Positions 9,332 through 19,972 of a stretch of 64,000 nt of DNA are shown here, piece by piece. The stretch is from an uncultured bacterium (GTDB lineage: Bacteria > Muiribacteriota > Ozemobacteria > Ozemobacterales > Ozemobacteraceae). The DNA is taken from positions 16,196 to 80,195 of the forward strand of contig CAYYIY010000014.1 in the NCBI GenBank assembly GCA_964472075.1. The letters are read 5' to 3'. Numbering within the stretch: position 1 is the stretch's first letter; each line of letters begins with the position of its first letter. The position numbers were made by a program, and so were the translations under genes. Under the pieces are notes generated by a model. The model saw only the letters and a program-made list of their open reading frames with translations. It was not told the origin of the DNA and made no database searches.

Positions 9332-10975
9332 TTGTGGTACAGAAAGGGAATGTTCCGCCGGACCCGATTGATTCTTTTCGCCTTCATTGTCGTCACCATT
9401 GTTGTCGGTGTCACGGCGTGGTTGTTCGGCACAAACGCTGGTGCTGTTCAGCTTGTGAGCTGGGCGTGCCGGTTGGTTCCCCCCGGGACCGAAATTCATC
9501 TGGAAGGTGTCTCCGGAACCCTCGCGGAAGGCCTGACGATTAAAGAGCTGACCGGGACGGTGCGACCGGGCGCGCTTTCCTTTTCTGTGCGTGACCTGTT
9601 TTTCGATGCCGCATGGCTGCATTCGTTGACCCATGTTCCGACCATCAATCGACTCAGAGTGCGGCAGGTCGACCTCCACGGGGTCCCCGATCCGGCATGG
9701 CTGCATCTGGTGCCGCCTCCGCCTGCCTGGGGCGGTTTTGCCGGCATCAAGCTGCCGGTGCAGTGTCGTGACTTGCACGTTGAGACGGTGGCGTGCAGGT
9801 TCAGCGCCGGTTCTCCCTGGATGATCACTCTGCGTGATTTTCATCTCATGCCGCCTGCCAGTGCCTCGCGAAACGATGTGCAGCCGTTGGTTTTCGAGAT
9901 CGACGTCGGCGTGGCCTCAACCGCCGCAGGCCGGGCGGCCTTCGACGGCGCTGTTCAACAGAAGACGGGGGTGGCATCAGGTACCGTATCCGGTCAGCTT
10001 TGCGGCGGCAATTTTACCAGTGAAATCTATTGGGAGTTCGGGAAAAATCCTGATCGCATCTCAGGCTTTCTGCAACAGGGCACGTGTTCTCTCGGACGCC
10101 TGAACAGCTGGTTGAGCCCGGTATGGCAGAGTCATGCGCCTGCCGTGATCGAGGGGGAGATCTGTGGGTCCGGGTCATGGCTGATATCACAGCGATTGGG
10201 CTTGCTGGGCAACCTTGAATTGGCACTCAAGCAGGTGACCTGTCGACTCGTCCCGCTGAGCATTCCGCTTTTTGAACTTTCCGGGCGCCTGACTCTTGCT
10301 GAAAGCCGGTTGGGCCTTCAGAACCCCGACTGTCGACTGCTGGGAGCGCCTGCTTCCCTGACGCTGGAAATCGGCTTGCATTCCTGGGACCGACCGATCT
10401 GGAACATCGAACTTACAGTCCCGTCGCTCGACATCGGTTCGGTGTTCAACGATCTGCCGTGGGTGATGCGGTATTCGATGGGACTGATGCCGATTTCGGG
10501 GCTGGCCAGTTTGACCGCCCGCGTTGGGGGCGACGGCCCGGAACTGCTCTGCGTCGCACAGGCCCCGGAACTCAGGCTCAATCAGCCTGCGGGTGAGTGT
10601 CTGTGGACCGGTCGAGTAGAGTATCGGCGCAGCCCGGTTGGCGGTGATCGTTTTACGGCTGATTGGTCGTGGGTTGCTTCAGCCGCTTTGCGACCGCTGC
10701 CGCGCATTCTCGATCGGCATGCGGGCGGCTTGTTCGACCAGCCCCAACCTCCGTTTCAGGGTCGGGGGCAGATGACGGGAACCCCGCATGGAGCTTTCTT
10801 CAAAGGCCGTTTTGTTGCCGGCGGTCAGCAGTGCGATCTGCGGGGCACCCTGTCGGAAGGGCAATGGTCACGTCTGGAAGTCGGTCTGGCCGATGCTTCC
10901 GGCGAGCTTCAATCCTCGTCGTCGCTTGATTCCTGGCCTTCTCCGGCCGCCTTGGCGCTCTTATCGGCCTGGTAG
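9332..10975 (+). CDS. AsmA/TamB-like membrane-anchored beta-rich protein
   Basis: N-terminal TM anchor followed by beta-taco-like sequence (VSGTLAEGLTIKEL; LSGRLTLAESRLGL). True start may be ATG 9350. Confidence 0.5.
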   Translation: MWYRKGMFRRTRLILFAFIVVTIVVGVTAWLFGTNAGAVQLVSWACRLVPPGTEIHLEGVSGTLAEGLTIKELTGTVRPGALSFSVRDLFFDAAWLHSLTHVPTINRLRVRQVDLHGVPDPAWLHLVPPPPAWGGFAGIKLPVQCRDLHVETVACRFSAGSPWMITLRDFHLMPPASASRNDVQPLVFEIDVGVASTAAGRAAFDGAVQQKTGVASGTVSGQLCGGNFTSEIYWEFGKNPDRISGFLQQGTCSLGRLNSWLSPVWQSHAPAVIEGEICGSGSWLISQRLGLLGNLELALKQVTCRLVPLSIPLFELSGRLTLAESRLGLQNPDCRLLGAPASLTLEIGLHSWDRPIWNIELTVPSLDIGSVFNDLPWVMRYSMGLMPISGLASLTARVGGDGPELLCVAQAPELRLNQPAGECLWTGRVEYRRSPVGGDRFTADWSWVASAALRPLPRILDRHAGGLFDQPQPPFQGRGQMTGTPHGAFFKGRFVAGGQQCDLRGTLSEGQWSRLEVGLADASGELQSSSSLDSWPSPAALALLSAW

Positions 10976-12477
10976 ACCTTGAACTGCAGAAATTCATCCG
11001 GCAGCTTCTGATAGAAGGTCAGATTGCTCATTTCCCGCTCAATCACATATTTTGCCGATCGAATGACGAGCACGACACCGGGAAAAAAGGTGCGTGCGGA
11101 AATCGTCGAGCTGGTTTCGTCAAGCAGGCTCATGGCCAGATCGGCTTTTTTGATCTCGATTCGGTCGATTTGATCCTGCAGACTGGCGGCCTTCTTTTCC
11201 AGACTCTTCTGCAGCGGGCCGCGCTTGTCTTCCGGAAGCTCATCTCCCTGAGTCAAGACAAACTTCAGGTTGGTATCGACCTTGTCTTTCTGTTTGCGGA
11301 GATCGTCCATGATGCGCGTCAGCAGGTTCAGTCGCTGAAGCGTTTCGGGCGATGATCCGCAGTGAATCACGGTGCTCATGGCGGTCGCGTTGCCGATCTC
11401 GCGCGCTTCGATCGATTTGAAGGTCGAGATCTGACCACCAACGAGCGTTTTCTCCACAAAGAGACCGCCGTTGGCGTTGATGGTGCAGCGCATCGCCGTT
11501 CTCAGCAACACATCTCCGCCGGCTTCGATATAGGCATTCTCGGCATAGAATGCCTGCACGTTGCCGAATGCCTTGACCTTCGTGTTCTCATCCGTCGTTC
11601 CGTTGCCGAGAATGCCCTTGTGCACGTGCAGATCGCCGCCGGCGGTGACCCGTGCCTTCGGTTCGATCATGCCGGTCACCGTCACATTGCCGGTTGCCGT
11701 CACCGAAAAACCGGAAAGCACGGAGCCGTGGATGTTCACGCAGCCTTTGAAGTTGATGTTTCCGCAGCCGTAATCGACGTTTCCCTTGATCTCGAGCACC
11801 GGTACCACCTGAACGGCATAGTTCAACCCGCGATTCTCGACGACGACCTGACCGGTCGAAGTCGCCTTGTACAGCTGGCTGCCGTCCTCCTGTTCAACGA
11901 CGGCGACGTTCTTTCCGGCGAGCACCTGAATCGGCTTCGGCGGCCTGGGAAGGATCTGTGTTCCCATGATCGTCATGCCCGGCTCTCCGGGTTGCGGCGG
12001 GTATCGCACGAGAATGCCGTCCCCTTCGGAGACGCTGCGAAACAGATCGCGGTTGCGAAAGTCGCAGGTCCCATCGGGTCGAATCAGAAACTCGCGCGTG
12101 GGGCGCGGAACAAGGTGAACGACTCTGGTGTCGACCGGCTCGGTCGGCGAGCTTGTCTGTGCAAACAAACGATGTGAGAACGGTTTCCGTTTGCTGATGA
12201 GCGCCGGAAATTCCTTTTCCCAGAAACTGTCGATGTGTCCTTTGACAACCGCGTTTTTCAGAAAGTCACGAACTCGTGTTTCGATCTCTTCGCAGGAGAC
12301 ATCTTCCATGATCTCCAGCACCGAAAGATAGGCCTGCGTGTTTTCCGGGTTGCCGTGCACCTGAATGACCACCCCCGGCAGCTGGGGCGACATTTTCAGG
12401 TCGACCAGTGCCGCCGGGGGCGGTGTCTCCGGAACGGGTGGTTGCTCGGGCTTCTTCCCGGACTCCTGTTCAGACAT
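10909..12477 (-). CDS. FapA/DUF342 family protein
   Basis: PPQPGEPGMTIMG, GKNV, VDYGCGNINFKGCVNIHGSV beta-helix repeats and a C-terminal coiled coil, typical of DUF342. Confidence 0.85.
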   Translation of the reverse strand: MSEQESGKKPEQPPVPETPPPAALVDLKMSPQLPGVVIQVHGNPENTQAYLSVLEIMEDVSCEEIETRVRDFLKNAVVKGHIDSFWEKEFPALISKRKPFSHRLFAQTSSPTEPVDTRVVHLVPRPTREFLIRPDGTCDFRNRDLFRSVSEGDGILVRYPPQPGEPGMTIMGTQILPRPPKPIQVLAGKNVAVVEQEDGSQLYKATSTGQVVVENRGLNYAVQVVPVLEIKGNVDYGCGNINFKGCVNIHGSVLSGFSVTATGNVTVTGMIEPKARVTAGGDLHVHKGILGNGTTDENTKVKAFGNVQAFYAENAYIEAGGDVLLRTAMRCTINANGGLFVEKTLVGGQISTFKSIEAREIGNATAMSTVIHCGSSPETLQRLNLLTRIMDDLRKQKDKVDTNLKFVLTQGDELPEDKRGPLQKSLEKKAASLQDQIDRIEIKKADLAMSLLDETSSTISARTFFPGVVLVIRSAKYVIEREMSNLTFYQKLPDEFLQFKVYQADKSAKAAGEGQESSDDED

Positions 12478-12485
12478 TCGTCTGT

Positions 12486-14894
12486 TCAGCCTCGATTGCG
12501 GCCGGCAACCCGTGCCTGAATCTCGGCCAGGTTGACACCCTGATTCTGCAGGAACTGTTCAAACCAGGCGGGGTTCGTGCGCAGGCTCTTCAGCTCTGGT
12601 CTGAATTCGATGACCAGATGCTCGAGTTCGACCAGATCGGCCACTCGCAGCTGCGTCGGCGTCGGCCGGTTCTGCAGCGATTTCAACGTCGACAGAATCG
12701 TGTTGACCGACATGGCGCATTCGTAGCGTGTCACCCGATCCTTGTTGGTGAAGGGATAGGTCACCAGCAGACCCTTCGAATGCATGTGCTTGATCGACTT
12801 GAAGGCCCAGTGCTTCGGAGAAATATAGGTGAACGAGCTTCCAGTGCTGCTTCCACCACCGATGTCGACGGTTGACCTGGCGGCGACACTGCGCCGATCA
12901 GCCAGCGGAATCGAGAAGGCGGCGTCGGCTTCCATGCCGCCTCGCGGGACGTATGCCGGACGGCGCTCCGTACCGGTCGTGAATTCCCAGGAATATTTGC
13001 CCATCAAGGGTTCACCGATTGCCGAACGAATTTTGTCGCTGATGCGAACCTTGTAGTTCGTTTCCGCATCGAACGGCTCACTGGGAATGAAGACCGCTCG
13101 CTGCTGACGAGAGTCGTAGGAGACCCGGCCCTCGACGCGGCGTTGATTGGCAAACACGGAGATGTTCACTTCATCGAGCGTCGACGGGTTCACGGGATCG
13201 CTGAACTGCAGCGTGATGCGGCTGTCGCGTTTGACATTCTCCGCATTGGCGGAGGGGCTGATGCCGGTGATTTTGAAGGTGGAAAGCGCTTCGCGGGCCT
13301 TGCGTACGCCTGTCTTGCGAGCGGGCGCAGCGCGCGGCTGCTCCTCATACGCTTCGTCCATGTTTGCCGAAGCGCTCATCTGATCTGTTTCATCGTCGAT
13401 GACTTCCAGTTCGCGCGATTCGCGGCGTGGGTCGACTTTCGGAGCCGCGCGTCTGGTCGCCTGAGGGGAAGGGCGAGCGGCCGTCATCGGGAACGATTCG
13501 GGAACGAGGCCGCGCCCGGCCGGAGCCTGGCGTGCGGCGGTTTTGCGCACGGGAGCCGGGGCAGGCTCATTCATGGTGAACATCTCGGGCGTCGAAGGCG
13601 CATTGACCGCCGACTGGGTGCTGAATGAAGAGCTGATCCCCTTGGCGAGCCGACCACCCGCCGCATCACTGACACCCTGCGTGACGATGACGCGATAGGT
13701 TTTTTGCAGGTCAAGCACGCCGACCGGGGTCAGAACACCCTGTCTTCGCTCAGGAATATAGCGAATCTTGGCTGGTACAGGTCCGAAATCATCTTCCACC
13801 CGGAAGGTGAACTCGTTCAGGGTTTCGGGGCGAACATCCTGATTGAAGACGATTGAGATCGGTTGGCTGAGATTGGTCACGACTTCGCCCTGTCGCGGCG
13901 TCATGGCGACGACCTTCAGCGGAACGGCAGGTGCGCTGAAGGACTGGGCTGCATACGTCGGTGCGGTGCGAGCCGCGGGGATGGCTGCGCCCGGAGCGGC
14001 ATCGAAAGAAGTGTCCCCCGGTTCCGGAGGAGCTTCTTCCAGCACGTGTTGCGGAACCTCGTAATCAGCTGATGAATTCTGACCGGCGATGCGGAAAGGA
14101 ATCAGCGTGGTCTTTGACAGGCGAGAACCTGATGCCCCGGCGAGAGCGGTCGTGATGGCGACGCTGTATTCCATGCCCGGCTTCAGCGTCGAGCGTGGTA
14201 CCAGTGTAATGGTCTTGAGATCGCGGCTGAGGCGATAGTCGATTCCGATGGGGTTGCGTCCCTGATACACCTTGATCGGCGCTTCGCGCAGAGTACCCAG
14301 CTCGAGCGGCTCGGAAAACGAGACTTCCAGGTTCGATCCGGCAGGCAGCTCACCACTGCCCATATTGGCGTTTGCGATCGACAGCAGACCACTGCCATTG
14401 CGCGGAATCCCGGCTCCGGTCGTGCCGGCGCTCTGAACCGAGGTCGGCTGATCGGCCGGATCAGCGCTCACGCTCTGGGTTGTCGCGGCTGCCCCGCTCG
14501 CGCCCGTACGAAAACTCCAAACCCTCTCGGAGGTTTCGCTGCCGTTGGCGAACGTGACCTGTGCGGTATAGGTCTGCCCTTCCTGCAGCGGGGTCTTCGG
14601 CTTGAACATCACCTGTTTGGCGGCCTGGTTGTAGAACAGCTCGCCATCAATGGTGCGCGGTCCATGGAACATGGTGACGTTCACCGATTGATAGAATGCC
14701 GGGTTTACGTTTCCGGCAAACTCGATGATGAGAGGGCTTTTTGCGCTCACATCAGCCGCCATGTCACGCGGAGACAGGGAAGTGACGGACACCCCCCTGG
14801 GGCCGGCAACGGCAGCCGTCGCTTCTCCGGGAAGAACGAACCCCAGCAGAAGCGCGGTGATCAGCGCCAGGAGCATTCGGCAACGACGAGTCAT
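12486..14894 (-). CDS. Secreted protein with four SbsA/Big_5 Ig-like domains and a C-terminal SLH-like module
   Basis: Signal peptide; four repeats of the type V..isP..ga..V......I.i.Fs.pv.........P...L.....Y.V.I; C-terminal HWAFKSIKHMHSKGLL...TRYECA...IEFRPELKSL. Confidence 0.8.
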   Translation of the reverse strand: MTRRCRMLLALITALLLGFVLPGEATAAVAGPRGVSVTSLSPRDMAADVSAKSPLIIEFAGNVNPAFYQSVNVTMFHGPRTIDGELFYNQAAKQVMFKPKTPLQEGQTYTAQVTFANGSETSERVWSFRTGASGAAATTQSVSADPADQPTSVQSAGTTGAGIPRNGSGLLSIANANMGSGELPAGSNLEVSFSEPLELGTLREAPIKVYQGRNPIGIDYRLSRDLKTITLVPRSTLKPGMEYSVAITTALAGASGSRLSKTTLIPFRIAGQNSSADYEVPQHVLEEAPPEPGDTSFDAAPGAAIPAARTAPTYAAQSFSAPAVPLKVVAMTPRQGEVVTNLSQPISIVFNQDVRPETLNEFTFRVEDDFGPVPAKIRYIPERRQGVLTPVGVLDLQKTYRVIVTQGVSDAAGGRLAKGISSSFSTQSAVNAPSTPEMFTMNEPAPAPVRKTAARQAPAGRGLVPESFPMTAARPSPQATRRAAPKVDPRRESRELEVIDDETDQMSASANMDEAYEEQPRAAPARKTGVRKAREALSTFKITGISPSANAENVKRDSRITLQFSDPVNPSTLDEVNISVFANQRRVEGRVSYDSRQQRAVFIPSEPFDAETNYKVRISDKIRSAIGEPLMGKYSWEFTTGTERRPAYVPRGGMEADAAFSIPLADRRSVAARSTVDIGGGSSTGSSFTYISPKHWAFKSIKHMHSKGLLVTYPFTNKDRVTRYECAMSVNTILSTLKSLQNRPTPTQLRVADLVELEHLVIEFRPELKSLRTNPAWFEQFLQNQGVNLAEIQARVAGRNRG

Positions 14895-15076
14895 GATTTA
14901 CCTCCTCGAGGACGCAACTATCTTGGTAACCTGTATCGGCATTTTCGCTGCCTGCAATAAGGGATGATCTTTGTCGGTTCGTTCGTGAAAAAACTTGCAC
15001 TGACCATACACTTGTGTTAAAAATTGAGTTCCGCTCGGTACCCCGTACTGAGGGATTCTCTTCAAGGAGTGCCACC

Positions 15077-15679
15077 ATGGGACAGGATGTCGCGGCCTTT
15101 GCCAAGGTTCTGCGTGAAGAAGGAATCGAAGCCGCCAAGGCTGAAGCCGGGAAGATTCTCGCTGACGCCCGGGCGAAGGCTGATGAGATCGTGAAAGAAG
15201 CCAATACCGCTCATCGCCGCAAGATGGAAGAAGCCAACCGCGAGATCGAGCAGATGCGGCAGCGCGCCGAAGCCGAGATGAAACTGGTGGCCCGTGATCT
15301 GATCCTGCAGGTGAAGAAGCGCGTCGAGGAAATTGCCGCCCGCCTGCTGAGCGACAAGGTTGAGAAAGCTCTCTCCACACCTGAAATCGTGAAGAGCTGT
15401 CTGCTTGAAGTGCTGAAGACGACGAAGACCGGCACGGAATGGGAATTGTCGCTGGGGCCGACCGTCGGCAAGTCATTGGCTGCCGCCGCTGTGGGTGACC
15501 TGTTCCGACAGGCTGAGGCCAGGGGAAAACTGACCGATGCCATCAAAGCTGAGGGTTTTGCCCTCAAGAGTCCTGCCGACAGCATGGTGATCGAAGTGAC
15601 CGCCGAATCGGTCAGCGAAGCCTTCCGACAGCTGCTGTCGCCCGAACTCGAAAAACTGCTTCCGGCTCACCATAGCTGA
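15077..15679 (+). CDS. atpE: V-type ATP synthase subunit E
   Basis: RBS AAGGAG before ATG 15077; LREEGIEAAKAEAGKILADA helical N-terminus; first gene of the V-ATPase operon. Confidence 0.8.
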   Translation: MGQDVAAFAKVLREEGIEAAKAEAGKILADARAKADEIVKEANTAHRRKMEEANREIEQMRQRAEAEMKLVARDLILQVKKRVEEIAARLLSDKVEKALSTPEIVKSCLLEVLKTTKTGTEWELSLGPTVGKSLAAAAVGDLFRQAEARGKLTDAIKAEGFALKSPADSMVIEVTAESVSEAFRQLLSPELEKLLPAHHS

Positions 15680-15681
15680 TC

Positions 15682-16321
15682 GTGTCCAGCCTGTATTATC
15701 TCCTGACCACGCTACCCCAGCTCCCCGAACTGGGTGGAGCGCCGACCATCTCGTATGCTGAGCTGCAGCGTGTCGTGCAGACCGACGGACACAAAGCCGC
15801 GAACGCGGTCGTCGATGCTCTGGCCCTCGAACAGCCGCTGCGCGCCGCGATTGAGCGCCGGGTTCTCGAAGGGCTGTTGCCGGAGGATGAAACCGTGTTG
15901 CCGCCGGCTGTGTACGAGGCGTTGGCGGTCAACCCGACGACGGTCGGTGAAGACGAATGGCTTGATCGCGTCTGGACAGCCTATTTTCACCATGTGCAGG
16001 CGATTGCCGCAAAGGTACATGCGCCGCTGCTCAGGAAATGGGCTCTCTTTGAACCCGATCTGCGCGAGCATCTGGCCGCGTTGCGCCGTGGCGAAAAACG
16101 CACGCACGGGCCGTTCGATACGCTCATGGATACCGTCGGCTGCAGCAATCCGATGGATGCCGAAATCATGCTGGCGATTTCTTGAAAAAGAAACACCGCG
16201 GTTCACGTTTCATATTGACGAACTGGTCGCCTACGCGCTCAAGCATCGTCTGCTCGAACGCTATGTGCGGCTCGACCGGGCCAAAGGCGCCAGAATCCTC
16301 GAGGAGGTCACCACCCTGTGA
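15682..16321 (+). pseudogene. DUF2764 family V-ATPase subunit C-like gene, split by a frameshift near 16170-16185
   Basis: Frame 1 (YYLLTTLPQL...NPMDAEIML) stops at 16185. Frame 2 carries the expected family C-terminus (WRFLEKE...FHIDELVAYALKHRLLERYVRLDRAKGARILEEV) and overlaps the atpA start. Real lesion versus sequencing error is unresolved. Confidence 0.7.
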
Positions 16322-18051
16322 GTCTCACCGGACGCATTGTCACCATCTACGGCAACATGGTCACGGCGGAAGCCGACGGCCACATTCGTCAGAATGCGGT
16401 TGCCTATTGTACCCGCGGCGACGGGGTGCGATTGAAATCCGAAATCATTCGTGTGCGCGGCAACCGCGCTGACATGCAGGTCTTCGAACTGACCCGCGGC
16501 CTCAAGGTCGGCGACAAGGTCGAGTTTCTCGACGAACTGCTGTCGCTCGAACTCGGGCCGGGCCTTCTCGGGCAGATCTATGACGGCTTGCAGAACCCGC
16601 TGCCGCAGCTGGCCGAAAAAGTCGGCAAGTTCCTGCAGCCGGGCACCTACCTGCCCGCTCTCGACCGGGCGAAGAAGTGGAAGTTCACGCCGGTCGCGAA
16701 GGTCGGTGACACGGTCACCGCCGCGATGAACCTGGGCAAAGTTCCTGAAGGCATCTTCGACCATTTCACCATGGCTCCATTTGGCCTCAAAGGCGAATGG
16801 AAGCTCCTGTCGTTGAAGTCTGCCGGTGATTACACCGTTGAAGAAGAGATCGCCGTCATCGAGCAGAACGGCACGAAGCGGTCGCTGAACATGATCAACC
16901 GCTGGCCGGTGCGCATTCCGCTCGGCGTCTACAAGGAACGACTGGTTCCGTCCCAACCGCTGGTGACGAAACAGCGCATCATTGATACCTTCTTCCCGAT
17001 CATGTTGGGCGGAACCTATTGCATCCCCGGTCCGTTCGGCGCCGGAAAGACCGTTCTGCAGCAGATTACCAGCCGCCATGCCGAGATCGATATCGTCATC
17101 GTGGCGGCCTGCGGTGAACGCGCCGGCGAAGTCGTCGAGACGCTTGTCGAGTTTCCGCATCTGAAAGACCCGCGCACGGGGCGCACGCTGATGGAACGCA
17201 CCATCATCATCTGCAATACTTCGTCGATGCCGGTTGCCGCCCGCGAAAGCTCGGTCTATACGGGCGTGACGCTGGGTGAATACTATCGTCAGATCGGGTT
17301 GAACGTCCTGCTGCTGGCCGACTCCACCTCGCGTTGGGCGCAGGCGTTGCGCGAAATGAGCGGCCGCCTCGAAGAGATTCCCGGTGACGAGGCCTTCCCG
17401 GCATATCTTGAAAGCTCGATCGCCCGCTTCTATGAACGCGGTGGTCAGGTACGCCTGCCCGACGGGCGCCTCTCATCGCTGACGATCGGCGGCACAGTCA
17501 GCCCGGCCGGCGGCAACTTCGAAGAGCCGGTCACGCAGGGCACCCTCAAGGTCGTCGGCGCGTTCCTCGGTCTCTCGTATGCCCGATCGTATGCTCGCCG
17601 CTTCCCGGCGATCGACCCGCTCGAATCGTGGTCGAAGTACAAGGGCCTGATCGAAACCGAAAAAGTGCGCGAGGCGCACGGGTTCCTGCGCAAGGGGCGC
17701 AGCGTGAACGAGATGATGCAGGTCGTCGGCGAAGAAGGCACCTCGATGGATGACTATGTCGTCTATCTGAAGGCCGAATTTCTCGACAACGTCTATCTGC
17801 AGCAGAACTCCTTCGATGATGTCGATGCGGCCTGTCCGCCCGATCGGCAGAAGTATGTCTTCGAGATGATTCTCAACGTGTTGCGACAGAAGTTCCCGTT
17901 CAAGGACAAGGAAGCCGCCCGCAACCTGTTTTTCAGCCTGACCGATCAGTTCCGCAACTGGAACTACGCGGTCTGGCAGAGTCCGGAGATGAAGAAGATC
18001 GAAGAGCAGATTCAGAGCCTCTTGAACACGGGGGAAACGGCCCATGCGTAA
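16318..18051 (+). CDS. atpA: V-type ATP synthase subunit A
   Basis: Walker [40 protein letters not shown]. Confidence 0.97.
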   Translation: MSLTGRIVTIYGNMVTAEADGHIRQNAVAYCTRGDGVRLKSEIIRVRGNRADMQVFELTRGLKVGDKVEFLDELLSLELGPGLLGQIYDGLQNPLPQLAEKVGKFLQPGTYLPALDRAKKWKFTPVAKVGDTVTAAMNLGKVPEGIFDHFTMAPFGLKGEWKLLSLKSAGDYTVEEEIAVIEQNGTKRSLNMINRWPVRIPLGVYKERLVPSQPLVTKQRIIDTFFPIMLGGTYCIPGPFGAGKTVLQQITSRHAEIDIVIVAACGERAGEVVETLVEFPHLKDPRTGRTLMERTIIICNTSSMPVAARESSVYTGVTLGEYYRQIGLNVLLLADSTSRWAQALREMSGRLEEIPGDEAFPAYLESSIARFYERGGQVRLPDGRLSSLTIGGTVSPAGGNFEEPVTQGTLKVVGAFLGLSYARSYARRFPAIDPLESWSKYKGLIETEKVREAHGFLRKGRSVNEMMQVVGEEGTSMDDYVVYLKAEFLDNVYLQQNSFDDVDAACPPDRQKYVFEMILNVLRQKFPFKDKEAARNLFFSLTDQFRNWNYAVWQSPEMKKIEEQIQSLLNTGETAHA

Positions 18052-19345
18052 GTACTATACCCGCATTGATCGCATTGCCGGTAACGTCGCGACGTTGAAA
18101 GCCACCGGAGTCGGTTATGAAGAACTCGCCCTGGTTGAGGGCAGCTGGGGTTCGTCGCTGGCCCAGGTGATTCGCGCCGCCGGAGAAGACGTGACCATTC
18201 AGATCTTCGCCGGCACCCGCGGGGTGTCGACCGGCGACAAGGTCAGCTTTCTCGGCTCGCCGATGCGCTTTTCCTTCTCTCAGGATCTCTTCGGCCGCAT
18301 CTTCTCGGGTGGCGGACAGCCGCTCGACGGGCGTTCGCCGCTGACCACGAATCTCATCGAGGTGGGCGGCCCGGCCGTCAATCCGGCGATTCGTCTGATG
18401 CCGCACCGCATGATTCGTACGAACATTCCGATGATCGACGTTTTCAACACGCTGGTCGAAGGTCAGAAGCTGCCGATCTTCTCGATTCCGGGCGAACCGT
18501 ATAACGAGCTGCTGGCCCGCATCGCGTTGCAGGCCGAGGCCGATGTCATCATTCTCGGCGGTATGGGCTTGAAATACGATGAGTACATGTTCTTCCGGAA
18601 GAAACTCGAGGAGGGCGGCGCGATGTCGCGCTCGATCATGTTCGTGCATACCGCGTCAGACCCGGTCGTCGAGTGTCTGCTGACCCCCGATCTGGCGCTG
18701 GCGGTAGCCGAGCAGTTCGCTCTGCAGGGCAAGCGCACCCTGGTGTTGCTGACCGACATGACCAACTTCTCGAACGCTCTCAAGGAAATCGCCATCACGA
18801 TGGAGCAGATTCCATCGAACCGCGGCTATCCGGGCGACTTGTACTCTCAGTTGGCCAGCCGCTACGAGAAGGCCGTCGTCTTCGACAACGGCGGCTCGGT
18901 CACGCTCATGGCCGTCACGACCATGCCGGGCGACGATCTGACGCATCCCATCCCCGACAACACGGGATATATCACGGAAGGTCAGTTCTATCTTAAAGGC
19001 GGCTGGATCGAACCGTTCGGCTCGCTGTCTCGTCTCAAGCAGCTGGTTAACAACAAGACGCGCGATGACCATCGCGCCATCATGGACGGCTGCATTCAGT
19101 TGTATGCCAAATGCCGCGAGACGCGCGAGAAGCGCGCCATGGGTTTTGAAATGTCCGGCTGGGACCAGAAACTGCTGAAATACGGCGAACAGTTCGAAGA
19201 GCAGATCATCGACTTCGCGGCCAACGTGCCGCTCGAAGGCGCGCTCGATCTGTGCTGGCGCTTGTTGGCCGCGAACTTCGAACCGCGCGAAACCGGTTTG
19301 CGCAGTTCGCTGATCGAGAAATACTGGCCGTCGAAGGCAAATTAA
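18044..19345 (+). CDS. atpB: V-type ATP synthase subunit B
   Basis: [47 protein letters not shown]. Confidence 0.97.
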   Translation: MRKYYTRIDRIAGNVATLKATGVGYEELALVEGSWGSSLAQVIRAAGEDVTIQIFAGTRGVSTGDKVSFLGSPMRFSFSQDLFGRIFSGGGQPLDGRSPLTTNLIEVGGPAVNPAIRLMPHRMIRTNIPMIDVFNTLVEGQKLPIFSIPGEPYNELLARIALQAEADVIILGGMGLKYDEYMFFRKKLEEGGAMSRSIMFVHTASDPVVECLLTPDLALAVAEQFALQGKRTLVLLTDMTNFSNALKEIAITMEQIPSNRGYPGDLYSQLASRYEKAVVFDNGGSVTLMAVTTMPGDDLTHPIPDNTGYITEGQFYLKGGWIEPFGSLSRLKQLVNNKTRDDHRAIMDGCIQLYAKCRETREKRAMGFEMSGWDQKLLKYGEQFEEQIIDFAANVPLEGALDLCWRLLAANFEPRETGLRSSLIEKYWPSKAN

Positions 19346-19348
19346 GGT

Positions 19349-19972
19349 ATGGCCGGCAAGATCAAGAAAACGAGACCGGAACTGCTGCGACAGCGGCGGT
19401 TGCTGGCGCAGTTCAAGCGCTATCTGCCGACGCTGACCCTGAAAAAGCAGCAGATCCAGTCTGAGATCCTCAAGCTGCGCAATCAGCTTCGTGAAACCCT
19501 GCGTCAGATGCAGGAAAAGATCGATCACGTCGATTCGTGGACGGCCCTGTTCAGCGAATCGCTGCCCGGGCCGATCACGCGTCTGGTCAAGGTGGCCGAA
19601 GTGAAGCGGCGCGATCAGAACATTGCCGGCATCACGCTGCCCTTTCTTGATTCCGTCACCTATGAGATCCTGCCCTACAGCCGTAGATCAACCCCGCTGT
19701 GGGTTGACTGCGGCGTCGAAATCGTGAAGGAACTGATGGAACTGCGTGAAAAAGCCAAGGTCATGCAGGATGCCGAGAAGGTCTTGCAGCACGAGTTGCG
19801 CAAGGTTACGCAGCGTCTGAATCTCTTCGAGAAGGTCAAGATTCCGCAATCACAGGAAGCGATCCGCGTCATTCGCATTGCACTGGCCGATGAACAGACC
19901 GCGGGCGTCGGCCGGGCCAAGATCGCCAAAGCGAAGACCCAGGCGGAGCCGACCACGGGGGCGAGTTCATGA
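19349..19972 (+). CDS. atpD: V-type ATP synthase subunit D
   Basis: RYLPTLTLKKQQI and TQRLNLFEKVKIP motifs. Confidence 0.95.
   Translation: MAGKIKKTRPELLRQRRLLAQFKRYLPTLTLKKQQIQSEILKLRNQLRETLRQMQEKIDHVDSWTALFSESLPGPITRLVKVAEVKRRDQNIAGITLPFLDSVTYEILPYSRRSTPLWVDCGVEIVKELMELREKAKVMQDAEKVLQHELRKVTQRLNLFEKVKIPQSQEAIRVIRIALADEQTAGVGRAKIAKAKTQAEPTTGASS

Noticed and set aside
16170-16190. Programmed ribosomal frameshift in the V-ATPase C-like gene
   Set aside because: There is no X XXY YYZ heptamer in frame and no prfB-like CTT-TGA, and several expected residues seem to be missing, which fits a deletion better.
15734-16321. ORF as an independent gene
   Set aside because: Only its last 50 or so codons look protein-like, and they complete the DUF2764 gene.
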